NCBI RefSeq assembly: GCF_001194135.2
Contig: NC_068993.1
Span: 2,845,903 to 2,891,995, forward strand
Source of the DNA: Octopus bimaculoides
Taxonomy: Eukaryota
DNA length: 46,093 nucleotides
Reading direction: 5' to 3'
The position numbers were made by a program, and so were the translations under genes. Shown here piece after piece: positions 25,676 to 40,166 of the stretch; the stretch's first letter is position 1, and each line of letters starts with the position of its first letter. The notes under the pieces are model-generated. The model was not told the origin of the DNA. It did no database searches and saw nothing but the letters and a program-made list of their open reading frames with translations.

Positions 25676-26655
25676 NNNNNNNNNNNNNNNNNNNNNNNNN
25701 NNNNNNNNNNNNNNNNNNNNNNNNNNNNNNNNNNNNNNNNNNNNNNNNNNNNNNNNNNNNNNNNNNNNNNNNNNNNNNNNNNNNNNNNNNNNNNNNNNNN
25801 NNNNNNNNNNNNNNNNNNNNNNNNNNNNNNNNNNNNNNNNNNNNNNNNNNNNNNNNNNNNNNNNNNNNNNNNNNNNNNNNNNNNNNNNNNNNNNNNNNNN
25901 NNNNNNNNNNNNNNNNNNNNNNNNNNNNNNNNNNNNNNNNNNNNNNNNNNNNNNNNNNNNNNNNNNNNNNNNNNNNNNNNNNNNNNNNNNNNNNNNNNNN
26001 NNNNNNNNNNNNNNNNNNNNNNNNNNNNNNNNNNNNNNNNNNNNNNNNNNNNNNNNNNNNNNNNNNNNNNNNNNNNNNNNNNNNNNNNNNNNNNNNNNNN
26101 NNNNNNNNNNNNNNNNNNNNNNNNNNNNNNNNNNNNNNNNNNNNNNNNNNNNNNNNNNNNNNNNNNNNNNNNNNNNNNNNNNNNNNNNNNNNNNNNNNNN
26201 NNNNNNNNNNNNNNNNNNNNNNNNNNNNNNNNNNNNNNNNNNNNNNNNNNNNNNNNNNNNNNNNNNNNNNNNNNNNNNNNNNNNNNNNNNNNNNNNNNNN
26301 NNNNNNNNNNNNNNNNNNNNNNNNNNNNNNNNNNNNNNNNNNNNNNNNNNNNNNNNNNNNNNNNNNNNNNNNNNNNNNNNNNNNNNNNNNNNNNNNNNNN
26401 NNNNNNNNNNNNNNNNNNNNNNNNNNNNNNNNNNNNNNNNNNNNNNNNNNNNNNNNNNNNNNNNNNNNNNNNNNNNNNNNNNNNNNNNNNNNNNNNNNNN
26501 NNNNNNNNNNNNNNNNNNNNNNNNNNNNNNNNNNNNNNNNNNNNNNNNNNNNNNNNNNNNNNNNNNNNNNNNNNNNNNNNNNNNNNNNNNNNNNNNNNNN
26601 NNNNNNNNNNNNNNNNNNNNNNNNNNNNNNNNNNNNNNNNNNNNNNNNNNNNNNN
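25676..26655. other. Assembly gap
   Basis: N run flanked by TA-rich repeats. Confidence 1.
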
Positions 26656-26740
26656 TATATTATATATCATATATTACATATACATATATAATATATTATA
26701 CATATATCATACATATATATATATATATATACACACACAC

Positions 26741-26787
<47 letters not shown>

Positions 26788-27492
26788 TAATGTATATATA
26801 ATAAAGTTGTGTGTATGTATATATATATTAAAGGTGAGAAAAATGGTGGGAAATATAGAAATAAACATTAACTTGATGCTTGTCACCCACTGCAATGTTT
26901 TGTTGTTTTTTAAAGCTAAGATCTAAGCAAATGTGTAATGGCAACATTAAAGGCAAGAGCACACACACACATGCACACACACACACACACATGCACTATG
27001 CATTTACTAAAGAACTTTCTAGAAGAAACATAAGCCATAACATATAACATCAACCTACGAAGAATGGCACTTCGCTCAGTTAATATCTTTGTCATATAGC
27101 GTCTATAAATACTTTTCAAGGGTTTTATGTGGAATTAAATTCTAAGATGAAGGCATCCCCTTTAGGATCTGTATACAGAAATGCTATAAAGTTTGCCTTG
27201 TGTAATAGTTTTTTTTTTACATATGTTATGTGTTGTTTTTTCCCTATGTTTTGTGTTCGGATTTATTTTATTGTCCTTCTTATTTTATTTTTTTGGTTTT
27301 ATTTTAGTATAAGGTCTTAATGGGAAGAATGTTTTCAGTAACTTGAGTTATTAGGAAATGAGTTTAAAAACAAAATAAAAGCAATGAATTGCAAAAAAAA
27401 AAAAATAATAATAAAATAAAATAAAAAATAAATAAATTAACAAAATAATTAAATAAATAAGAATAAAGCTAGGATGAACTGAAAATCATTGT

Positions 27493-27797
27493 GGTGTTAT
27501 TTTGGAGTATTTTTTGTATATATATTCTTCTCCTGAAAGGAACCTATATAACAGAGAAGGATATTGTTAAAAGAGTTTAAAATATTTTTGGCAATGGGAA
27601 TATTTTTGAAGTTGAAAATTTGGTTATTCAACGTGTGGAATATAATAAGAAACAGGAAGAGAAGAGGAAATTAATTCTAATCCTCATAAAGTCCAATAGA
27701 GTTTCCTTAATTCAAGAATAAATATCAAGCCTTTCAGAATTGCAGCTGGCTTAACTGAAGAGCTGGACCGAACAGTTGAGACGTAGCTTAAATGCCA
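27493..27797 (+). mobile_element. Possible decayed PLE 3' end (GIY-YIG-like relic plus decayed hammerhead)
   Basis: Translations GVILEYFLYIYSSPERNLYNR and NGNIFEVENLVIQRVEYNKK are loosely GIY-YIG-like; followed by CTGAAGA-GCTG(gaccgaa)CAGT-T-GAGA-CGTA. Confidence 0.3.
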
Positions 27798-28082
27798 TCA
27801 ATGGTACAATGCTCCTCTTGTGACCTACGCAATTTACTTGTAACAGCTCTTTTCTGTTAAGTGGTAAATCGGTATCCTTTATCTGTTCATATCTCTGCTA
27901 TTAGTGGCAGGTTCACATGGTAACTGAAAGAAATTGAATAATAACTTATCAGTTTATCAATGTGAGTTCAAATTTCATCCATGATTGTAGCTGGAAATGA
28001 GGGCAGCCTGGCTGCATAAATTCTCTGAGACAGAAACAACCGAAGAGGATAAAGGACTTGTCAGGCAATTCGTAGGCTGCTG

Positions 28083-28290
28083 CTTTGTAAAAAACCATCC
28101 GGTACACTCTGTAAAGTAGGTTGGCTTTAGGAAGGGCATCCATCTGTTGAAACCATGCCCCAAAACAGACAGAAGAACTTGGTGAAATCTTCTGATTTGA
28201 CAGTTCCGGTCAAAACATCTAACCCATGCCAGCATAGGAAATGGACATTAAATGATGATAATGATGATAATGATGGTGGTGATGATGATG
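28083..28290 (+). mobile_element. SINE-like family B 3' half with GAT tail
   Basis: tacactctgtaaagtaggttggctttaggaagggcatcc...taacccatgccagcatagg...cattaaatgatgat. Confidence 0.75.
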
Positions 28291-28349
28291 TGTGATTGTA
28301 TGTGTACATAAAAGGGATATACAAATGCTTTTATCTTACTGTCGAATAT

Positions 28350-28398
28350 TAGTGTGTGTGTGTGTGTATGTGTGTGTATGTGTGTAATATATGTATAT

Positions 28399-28496
<98 letters not shown>

Positions 28497-28570
28497 GTAT
28501 ATATATATGTATACACACACATATACATACGTCATATATATATTTATATATAAATGTGTGTGTGTGTTTG
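28350..28570. repeat. (TG)/(TA)n microsatellite
   Basis: Read directly from the sequence. Confidence 0.95.
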
Positions 28571-29450
28571 TATTTGTGTGAAAGTGAGTGCTTATGTGTG
28601 TCCTAATCTGGTTTTCTGTTAACTTTGCTAGTCATAAACAGTTTGGTTCAGGCTAAGAACTTGAACTTGGCACTTTTCCGTGCAGTAATTACCACTTTGC
28701 TCTCCGTCTGCCACCACACAGCCCTGTTGCACCAACACAGTCTCATCTTAATAGAGGAGAATAACTATAATGCTGCAGGTTTATGATATTGGCCAAATTC
28801 CAGCATTTGACAAAGACTTATCAAAGTGAAATACCTGATGAGATGCATATAGTTGACATATGTTGAATTCGCCCTCCAATAATCCACCTTTTCTCATTCT
28901 TTGGACTAATTCTACTGGTTTGGCTGCAAAGTATTGCATGAACTTTGGCCAAGGAGCCAAAATTTGGTATTAGAGATTTTCACAATCCTGATTTCCTTTA
29001 TTCCAGGAATAAGCAATATATGACACATTTTCAAATATTAAAAGCACAGGACGGAAAAGTGGGTTTAGAATTTTGCAGATGATGAATGACATTGTAATGG
29101 CCTCTTTATAATTACGAATGAGGGAGAAGGAAATTATTGCTTGGTCCCTTGATTGAGTAAAGGCTAAGTGGACGGCCATTTTGGAAATGCAGTATTTGAA
29201 AATATTCTATAGAAATGGATTGCATAATATAGAGGGTTGCTTAATGGAAAAGATGGTTGGTAAATATTCCTATGCAACAACAGGGAATAAATGTCTGCAT
29301 CATATAGTATTAGCATTGAATTATGAAATTAAATACAGTAGTTTCATCTCCCTACATTGCGAGTTCAAATCCTGCCTGTGCAAACTATGCTATTTATTCA
29401 TAGAATATTTTCATCTGTTAATTTTTTTATGGCATTTTTTATTCTTTGAT

Positions 29451-29668
29451 TCTTTTATTTGTTTCAGTCCTTAGGCTGCGACCATGCTGGAGCTCTCCTT
29501 TGAAGAATTTATGTCAAAAAATTGACCCCCACTACTTGTGTTTTTTTTGTTTTTTTTTTAAGTTTGGTACTTATTCTGTTGATTTCTTTTGCTGAACTGC
29601 TAAGTTATATGGACATAAACACACTGACACTGGTTGTCAAGTGGTTGTGGTTGGGCAAACACAGGCAC
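29451..29668 (-). mobile_element. SINE family A 3' half
   Basis: gtttcagtccttaggctgcgaccatgctggagc...ggtacttattctg...gctgaactgctaagttat...ggttgtcaagtgg. Confidence 0.75.
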
Positions 29669-29734
29669 ACACACACACACACACACATGCGTGCACATAC
29701 ACACATGCACCCCCACTCAACCACACATACACAG

Positions 29735-29745
29735 NNNNNNNNNNN
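29735..29745. other. Assembly gap
   Basis: N run. Confidence 1.
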
Positions 29746-29766
29746 ATATATATATATATATATATA

Positions 29767-29806
29767 TAATGTACATAATTCCTCATCTCTTAAATATAGA
29801 ACTGTA
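29767..29806 (+). mobile_element. Family E 3' end fragment
   Basis: taatgtacataattcctcatctcttaaa matches the reverse complement of about 7915-7942. Confidence 0.6.
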
Positions 29807-30651
29807 CCATTGCTAATGTGTTTGATTGAAACCCTTCAAGACAAAGACCCAACATGGTTGCAATCCAGTGACTGACAGAAGTAAAAGTGAAATAAAAACG
29901 TGAAATATAAATCCATAAATTTAATTACTGAGAAATGTTTTCTGCATTTAAAGTCATACTTAATATATTTAATGAGGGAAGAATTAAAACAAAACAAACT
30001 AATTAAGGTTATGTAGTGAGGAAAAGATAACATTAAGTCAACGATTAATATTATTTTAACTAGTTTTGGAAGTATGGAAGACAATTCTGGGCATGTTCTG
30101 GTCTCATTAGATCTCTTCAGCAGAATCATCATAAACTTAATTTTACTTGCCACTACACTGACAAGAGAATCACCAATTTACAATAGTATACACAAGTAGG
30201 TGTGAAAAATTAGCATACTGTTTTAAATTTTAATTAACCAATTAGGTTAATTACTCAGAGATGCCATCTGCATGACACACATCAAAAGTGAGCATCAAAC
30301 GACTAATTAAAACTAAATGACTGGAATTGTCTCGTAGATTTTCTAAAATCATTAAAAATAATATTAATCATTGACCTAATGTTGTCATTTGTTCATCACA
30401 TATTTAATTTTAATTAACTTTTCAATACACACCACATTAAGTATATTAACACGAACTTAATTATTTCATACATAGCTCTGCTTTGTTTCTTACTACCTTG
30501 GGTAGTAGAGTTAAATGAAGCCTAACGAGGGTCACTAAGGTCCAATAACTGCTCTAATTGCTGCCAACAACTTTGGTTATATTTAATGAGTTTTACTTTA
30601 CAAAAAAAAAACTTATATATGTTTTGAACATAAATATAATCTATTATATTA

Positions 30652-30845
30652 GTGGCAAATTTTGGCACACGGCTGGCAATTTCGAGGGGAGGGGTAAGTC
30701 GGTTACATTGACCCCTGTGTTCAGCTGGTACTTATTTCCTCAACCCTGAAAGAATGAAAGGTCAAACTGACCTCTACAGAATTTGAACACAGAACATAAA
30801 GATGGATGGAATGCAGCTGAGCATTTTGTCCAGTCTGCAAATTAT
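30652..30845 (-). mobile_element. SINE family C
   Basis: ttttggcacacggctggcaatttcgaggggaggggtaagtcggttacattgacccc...ggtacttatt...gaatttgaacacagaacataaagatgg. Confidence 0.75.
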
Positions 30846-31159
30846 TCTTAAATTTTTGGAAGAAAACAAGTGAATGTGTATGACAACATAGATAAAATAA
30901 CGAGAAAATGGAGAAAATATTACACGATTACAAATATAAAGAACACAAGAATAACAACAGGTGTCTTTCTACTAATAAGGACAAATTAAGTAAAGCTGGC
31001 ATGTAGAGTGAAAGCCTTGAGGCACAAATATAGATGAAAGTCAGGTGACAGGAAAATAGAGTGTTGTACAGTCAGCGGTCAGGCTGAGAAAGAAGACAGA
31101 AGGATGGGGGTCTTTACCCATTTTAGTGTTCTTCTAGAGCAGAAGTTCTCAAATCTTTT

Positions 31160-31452
31160 GGGCCACCCCACCACCTCATGGCCACACAATATCCCCAGCA
31201 AAACAATTTATTTCATGTTGTTCAGCTGTAGAAATGAGTTGTAACATCACTGGTGCCAAGCTGTATCGGCCCCTTTGCTTTTCCCTTGGATAACATTTGT
31301 GGTGTGGAGGTTGGTATACATGGGCAACTGTTGGTCTTCCATGAAACCTTGCCCCGACTTGTGCCTTGGAGGGAAACATTTTAGGTGCAATCCCATGGTC
31401 ATTCATGACTGAAGGGGGGGGAGGGTCTTTACACTTTTTAGTGTCTCCTAGA
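31160..31452 (+). mobile_element. Retroposon 3' end fragment (family unassigned)
   Basis: GC-richer block ggtgccaagctgtatcggcccctttg...ggtgcaatcccatggtcattcatgactgaaggg...gtctttac; the terminal motif is also present upstream at 31095-31138. Confidence 0.45.
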
Positions 31453-31881
31453 AGAATGCGTTAATAAAGGCCAAGGAGCCCTCACTCTAAGTGGGCTTAC
31501 TTACTTACAACAGAAGTATTTTTACATGCTATTACTCATGTCCTAGTTCAGCCATCACTGAGACGAGAAGAGCAAGGAACAACAGTGGCTAAGAGGTGGT
31601 TCCACAATCCTCAGAACCCTAACAAAGAGACAGAGAGGGGGTGTCACGTGGTCTTCTCAAAGCAGACGTACGAGTCAGTGAGAGAGGGGGAAGGGGAGGC
31701 AGATTATTTCGAAAACACATGGACGAAGTTTCTTTGAAAAAAATGAATATCTTTTCGAATTTTCCGATGATATGGATAAAAAAATCACAGAACATGCAGC
31801 GCATACTTTACATGCCTCTGATATGTATATATGTATGTATGTATTTATATGTATATATATATATGTATATTTATATATATA

Positions 31882-32571
31882 NNNNNNNNNNNNNNNNNNN
31901 NNNNNNNNNNNNNNNNNNNNNNNNNNNNNNNNNNNNNNNNNNNNNNNNNNNNNNNNNNNNNNNNNNNNNNNNNNNNNNNNNNNNNNNNNNNNNNNNNNNN
32001 NNNNNNNNNNNNNNNNNNNNNNNNNNNNNNNNNNNNNNNNNNNNNNNNNNNNNNNNNNNNNNNNNNNNNNNNNNNNNNNNNNNNNNNNNNNNNNNNNNNN
32101 NNNNNNNNNNNNNNNNNNNNNNNNNNNNNNNNNNNNNNNNNNNNNNNNNNNNNNNNNNNNNNNNNNNNNNNNNNNNNNNNNNNNNNNNNNNNNNNNNNNN
32201 NNNNNNNNNNNNNNNNNNNNNNNNNNNNNNNNNNNNNNNNNNNNNNNNNNNNNNNNNNNNNNNNNNNNNNNNNNNNNNNNNNNNNNNNNNNNNNNNNNNN
32301 NNNNNNNNNNNNNNNNNNNNNNNNNNNNNNNNNNNNNNNNNNNNNNNNNNNNNNNNNNNNNNNNNNNNNNNNNNNNNNNNNNNNNNNNNNNNNNNNNNNN
32401 NNNNNNNNNNNNNNNNNNNNNNNNNNNNNNNNNNNNNNNNNNNNNNNNNNNNNNNNNNNNNNNNNNNNNNNNNNNNNNNNNNNNNNNNNNNNNNNNNNNN
32501 NNNNNNNNNNNNNNNNNNNNNNNNNNNNNNNNNNNNNNNNNNNNNNNNNNNNNNNNNNNNNNNNNNNNNNN
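31882..32571. other. Assembly gap
   Basis: N run. Confidence 1.
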
Positions 32572-32606
<35 letters not shown>

Positions 32607-32663
32607 TGTATATATACCTATTGGTGTGTGTACCGAGAGAGAAGGAAGAGAGAGGTGGGGGAG

Positions 32664-32765
32664 CAGACAATTGGATGCTGATACTGTCCTTTGGTTCATT
32701 GGATCATGTCAAACCACCCAACCCATGCTAACATGGAAGACAGGTGTTAAATGATGATGATGATA
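32664..32765 (+). mobile_element. Family B 3' end
   Basis: cagacaattgg...caacccatgctaacatggaagacaggtgttaaatgatgatgatgat. Confidence 0.7.
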
Positions 32766-34265
<1,500 letters not shown>

Positions 34266-34535
34266 TACAAGTATGTTGTATAAACTATATTCCTCATTGA
34301 CAGGCCACTGCTAGATGCGTTCATAGTTGGTTGGGTTATGGCATCTAATTTAGATGGCCAAAGGTGTTGTGTGACCTTGGTGTAGTGTTTAGTCATCACA
34401 AATCCCTTCAGGTAGATGGCCCTGCTTGATTTTTAGAAAAGGCGAATTTGGAGATTTATAAGCCCTAAAATTCACTCCCTAATTGCCCATGGGCATAGGG
34501 TATAGCGGTTAAGAGTATGGGCTACTAACCCCATT

Positions 34536-34695
34536 AAAACCATGCCAAAGCAGATATTGGAGTTGATGCTGTCATTGGAGACATCAGTTCTTCTGAAACC
34601 ATCTGAGCCATGCCATCATGGAACATAGGTGTTAAATGATGACGACAACGACGATGACGATGATGATGATGATGACGATGGCGACAATGATAATC
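34536..34695 (+). mobile_element. Family B 3' end with GAT/GAC tail
   Basis: aaaccatgccaaagcagatattgg...ccatgccatcatggaacataggtgttaaatgatgacgac. Confidence 0.65.
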
Positions 34696-34859
34696 ATATG
34701 AAATAAAAAATAATGACAATACTACACAGAAATCAAGATTAAATTGAAAATTCAAAAGTTGAGAAACTTTCAAAATAAGAATGCAACTATTTTGTTTAGA
34801 CAGGAAAGAAGGGGCTGATGAAAATAGGAACCAAACTTGTTCCCTTCAATTTGATTTCC

Positions 34860-35297
34860 ATACCTTTTCTCACCTATGGTCATCAATGATCAAAAGATTA
34901 TGGTCACAAATGCAAGTGGCCAAAATGGGGATCCTCAGAAGGATCTCTGGAGGAATGGTACTTGACAGTGTGCATAGCTCAGAGATTAGGGAATCTCTCC
35001 AGGTTCACCTGCTACTTCTATGCTGCTCTAAGAGGTCACAGTTCCAGTACTAAAGACTGCTGATAAGAATATCACAGGAAAGAATGGTAAGACAGATTCT
35101 TCAAACTGACAAGAGACTAGGAGCAGATCAAGAACATAATGGTTGGATGGTATCCATAATCTCCATTGGCTACGCTTGAGAATCTAGTCAGATTGTCTTA
35201 TGATGGTTCCTTCTGATAGGACACTTTGAAAGAGGGGCCTGAGGAATCTATCCCATGTTCCTCTCAGGATTAGTGGGGCAGAAAATGGATGGATGGA
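34860..35297 (+). mobile_element. 5'-truncated RTE-type LINE 3' end (pseudogenised ORF C-terminus, 3' UTR and TGGA tail)
   Basis: Translation across frameshifts: IPFLTYGHQ / SQMQVAKMGILRRISGGMVLDSVHSSEIRESLQV / LIRISQERMVRQIL / RSRT*WLDGIHNL. This is the characteristic RTE C-terminal series (LTYG, EM..LRRI.G...DR.R...IR, GRPRTRW.D). Ends gaaaatggatggatgga. Confidence 0.8.
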
Positions 35298-35594
35298 CTA
35301 CGAAAAGGTATCAGTGACCAGCAGAATAGCAAGCCTAAAATATAAAAGAAAATAAATACTAAGAACAAAAGTTGGAAAGGCAAAAATAGACAATGAGTGA
35401 AGATCCATTATTGGGAAATTAAGTCTCGTTGCATAGTGAACTAAAAAATAAAAAAAAAATGATAACAACAATCACTACAAATAAAGAGTTTATTAAGTTA
35501 AGATTTAAAAAAATTCAAAGAGTGCTAATGCAGTTTATAGGGGCAGGAGGATACGTATGTCATTCCACCCCCTCTCTCTCTCTCCATCCATCTT

Positions 35595-35757
<163 letters not shown>

Positions 35758-36282
35758 TAGCACATTTATGACTAAAGAGCTGCATGACCCCACCAAACCA
35801 TTTAAAACATTTCCATTAACTGATACGATAGTGGCAGAATGCTCAAGTCCCATAGGAAAAACAACTATTAATTCACTTGAAATTTCTAATGGATAAGATG
35901 GATGTGAATATAAATATAAAGTAGATGCATTTTGATAAAAACTTTGCATTATGTACTTCAGCAAAATGTCCTTTATTTTGGCAGTAATTGCAGAGAGCAA
36001 TTTATGCCATGCCATATCTTATTTTGAAGTAAATTTTACTGTAATAAAACGAGTCCTTTTTTATCATTGTAAAAATTGTTATTGATAATAAAATGGTTGT
36101 GTGTGAAGATGAAAAATAAACTGAGTATTTTTTTTGCACTCAATCTACAAGGTTTCTTTTATAAAGTACATAAAAACAATATTAAGTATCTGCTATTTAT
36201 AGATTGTCATTTCTGGTGTCACTTTCTGATGCAAGTGATACATATAAACACAAGCACACACACACAAACATATATGTGTATA

Positions 36283-36389
36283 GGTGCAAGTGTGGCTGTG
36301 TGGTAAGAAGTTTGTGTCCTAACCAGGTGGCTCTGGTTTCAGTCCCCTTGTGTGACACCTTGAGAAAGTGTATTCTACTATAGCTTCTG
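36283..36389 (+). mobile_element. SINE family A head
   Basis: ggtgcaagtg-tggctgtgtgg-taagaag...ggtttcagtcccc...ttctactatagc. Confidence 0.7.
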
Positions 36390-36499
36390 ATTTAAAATCT
36401 CATTTGTTTGTGTGCTCTTCATGAAATACATATACATGTGCATGTGTAGGACTCTATGTGTGTATGTGTGTGTGCATGAATGTGTGCTTACATGTATGT

Positions 36500-36542
<43 letters not shown>

Positions 36543-36589
36543 TGCTCAAATATGTGTATATATGCAAGTGTAATAATGTATATGATTGA

Positions 36590-36626
<37 letters not shown>

Positions 36627-38567
36627 GATAGAGAGAGAGGGAGAGATCTATACTAAAATCTCTCTATTGATAGGGATATATTTAATACACACACGTATAC
36701 GCACACACACACACACACGTCTTGTTTGTAATGAGTTAGTGATTTTGGCTATTTGACATTGTGAGTTTATATTCTTCACAAAGTTTATGTGTCTATAGGA
36801 TTCTGTTTACCAATATTTGAATTCTGTTTGCTTCCCAACCATTACATTCACCAGAACTGTCTGTTCTTTTAGGTTTTCAACGAAGAAAGGAATTGATGCT
36901 TTCATAATAATTGACCATTTGCTAGTTAAGAATTTGGTAACTATTGATGCACAGAAAATGAGTGTACAGAGTAAATGGCTTGCAGTGTGTGTCTCTTACT
37001 GTGTGGTCATATGTGTGTGTGTGTGTGTGTGTGTGAATGTGTGTGTGCATGTATATATACATATATGTATGTATAAATACTTATACACACATGTGTGCAG
37101 ACACACACACACACACACATACATATATATGCACATACATATTTATATATATATCATACACATTTATATTTATATATGTGTGTGTATATGTATATGCATG
37201 TTGGTACTTATATGCAGATTATATACACATGTGTAATATATATATATATATAAAATCTCTTAGGAATATCAACACTGCACACATGATGCTAAATTCTGTA
37301 AAAAGTGCTTCTGAAGATATTAGATTGATGGTGTTTTGATGTCTGTAATTTTTGCTGTCAGGTTTGTGTTCCACTTCTGTTAATATTGCCTTAGCTGCCA
37401 GTTTTTCTGAATGACCAATTCCATATGATGGACTTGGATTTGAACATTAATTATTATAAATAGAATTTCTTTTACAAATTCAAATTTACTGGATTTTTTA
37501 GGGTCTCTCAGTAACTTATTTGTTCACCAAATATGAGTCCACATTTGAGAATCTCTATAGTTATAGTAATTGTCAAAACTTCCTGAGAGTTCACCATATG
37601 ACTCCACTGTAACCAAAACTGGGCAAACCTGATGGAAATTTAATCAATTCCTGCAGTCTTAACTCTTCTGGGCAACAATTCAATAAACACTAGGTATTTA
37701 TTCACTTTTGTTTAGAAATTTTCTAAAATATTACAATAATACTTCACTTCTATTCTAAACATATATTTGTGTTAATATTAAATAACATTTTTATTTTATA
37801 TATATGCTCATAGGTTGCAGCATAAAGGGTAAATCTGCTGCTTTTAGTTACCAGAGAAGAGCTTTCTCGGAAGATTTTAGTGAAATTTGACATTGCAACT
37901 AATGGACAGAGTGTAGAGAGGATTTATATAGGATCATTTTATGCTGTGAAAAACCTGTTAACTGTCAACAGTTGCTAAATTGAGTATGACAACTTACAAA
38001 ATTTATCAATGTTTCTTTCTTTTATTTCATGTGTTCTGAAGGCAAGAAAGGTTCTTAGCTTTAGTGTAGCTGATAGGATGTATTTTTCATCTCTTTCACA
38101 ATAAAGAGACACATGAGCATTCTAAAATAAAAGATAAGTAAATCACCTGAAATCCAGATGATGGAATTCAGCTTCCTGCTGTAGAAATATACATTGGAAG
38201 AACTGTAAAAGTATCCTCATTTTGTTATGAATTTATAATGGAGCTAAAAGTTAATATTTGCTTTCAGTAACTGATATATCAATATTTTTAGACTGTTGCT
38301 AAAAGACTTAAATATAAAAAGCAGCTCAAATAAAATAAAAACATTGAAATTTGCAGGAAAATGCTATCCCTTGAACTTCAGTTTAGAATTAGTCCCTGTC
38401 TTTCCGTCTTAGTGTGTTCCCCATAAATGGAAGCATTTCAGACACACTTCTTAACCATTATGGGATTCCTCTTATAAATCTTTGAAGCCCAATAATTAAC
38501 TCACCTTTATTAGTGCAAGGTAATTTACTCTACAACAATGGTTTATTGTGTACTCTTAGAAATATGA

Positions 38568-38919
38568 GGTGCGGGTGTGGCTGTGTGGTAAGAAGTTTGC
38601 TTGCTAACCCCATCGTTCCAGGTTCAGTCCCACTGCCTGGCACCTTAGCCAAGTGTCTTCTATTGGAGTCTCAGGCTGAGAAGCTTGTTGTGTATGTGAG
38701 TCTTTGTGTTTGTGCTTCTCCCTCATCACCACTTGACAACTGGTATTGATAAGTTTACATCTCTGTAACTTAATGGTTCAGCAAAAGAGACTGACTGAAT
38801 AAGTACCAGGCTTATAAAGAAGAAAATAAATAAGTCCTGAGGTTGATTCATTTGACTAGAAAAATCCTTTAAGGTGGAGCTCCAGCATGGTCGCAGTTTA
38901 ATGACTAAAATAAGTAAAA
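38568..38919 (+). mobile_element. SINE family A, near full length
   Basis: A box TGGCTGTGTGG (38578-38588), B box GGTTCAGTCCC (38621-38631), 3' block gctccagcatggtcgcag...aagtaaaa. Confidence 0.85.
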
Positions 38920-39910
38920 CAGGTAAAAATTTACACCTGCATAATATATTGCAGTAAAAGTGTGTGATGTAACATATAAAGCCTGTATGATAATAGGTAC
39001 AGGTGTACAATTATCAAATAATACACCTGTATAAATATACTGTAGCAAAGCTACATGTCTATAAAGTTATAGATCTGCACACCTGTAAAATTTTAAGATG
39101 ACATATCTGTATAATAATGATATAGTGTACCTGTATAAAAGGATAAAATAATTATTATCCAGAGTTATTCCCATAATTCTATAATTTTTGCAAGTTCATT
39201 ATATTCAACAAGCGATAAATCCCTAACCAATTTACTAATTAATAACGACATTCATTACTAATTAATAAGAGCTTTCAGTAGAAAATAACATTCCTAAGAT
39301 AAAGAGGCATGAGATTTGGAAGCTAAAATGTCAATTGTTTTTCTTCTTAGTGCAGTGATAAAAGAAATTGTTCTGACAATCTCCAGAATATCTCAGAATA
39401 ATTTAATAACATTGCTTAATTCATGGACTTTTCAAGAATGCTAGACAAATCGTTATCTTGACCAAAAAAAAAAAAGAAAAAAATCTACATGAGATAATTA
39501 ATGAAGTTATGTGGGGAGGAGGACATTCAAACAGCTGTCAATCATACATTTGCTCTGAATCAACCATGTTCTTAATGACATCCAATTTAAAAGAACTGCT
39601 TTTCTTCACCATTACAGCTGCCAAATATGCCAATACAGAAATATATGGCAACACTTAGAGAATCTGTTCTTTGTTCATAGTCTCAAGATAAATATTCTTC
39701 ATGTCAATATGTCATTACAACAGACAAATTCAATATCATTTGCAATTATTCTAAGAGTGTAAGGTTAATACTATCAATATTTTAATTATGCCCATTGAGA
39801 GGTATGTTTCGTTGACTCACATTGTTTGTCTCGAGGTCATTAGTTCAAACCAGATTCTAAGCATTGCATTCTAATGTATTCTATGTTATTGTTTCTTGGC
39901 TTAACTCTGT

Positions 39911-39949
<39 letters not shown>

Positions 39950-39950
39950 A

Positions 39951-39997
<47 letters not shown>

Positions 39998-40166
39998 TTA
40001 TTCACACATGTATCATCATCATCTCTTAATGATCAATTTGAACTCAGAACATAAAAACAGATGCAATTCTGTTCAACATTTTGTCCAGCATACAAAGAAT
40101 TTTACCAGCTCACTGCTTTAATAATAATAATAATAATAATAATAAGAAGAAGAAGAATAATAATAA

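Noticed and set aside
25595-26926. Long ORFs spanning N runs (also at 5514-6134, 16322-17174 and 31641-32754)
   Set aside because: Length is an artefact of X codons in assembly gaps.
28837-28870. CTGATGA hammerhead half-core (also at 33730 on the minus strand and at 34815)
   Set aside because: No stem II followed by GAAA downstream; chance heptamers.
30230-30470. Cluster of TAAT/ATTA homeodomain-like sites
   Set aside because: Expected at this AT content; needs conservation data to mean anything.
36790-37480. Protein-like minus-strand frames (SIPFFVENLKEQTVLVNV; PSYGIGHSEKLAAKAIL)
   Set aside because: No recognisable domain and no consistent acceptor/donor pair.
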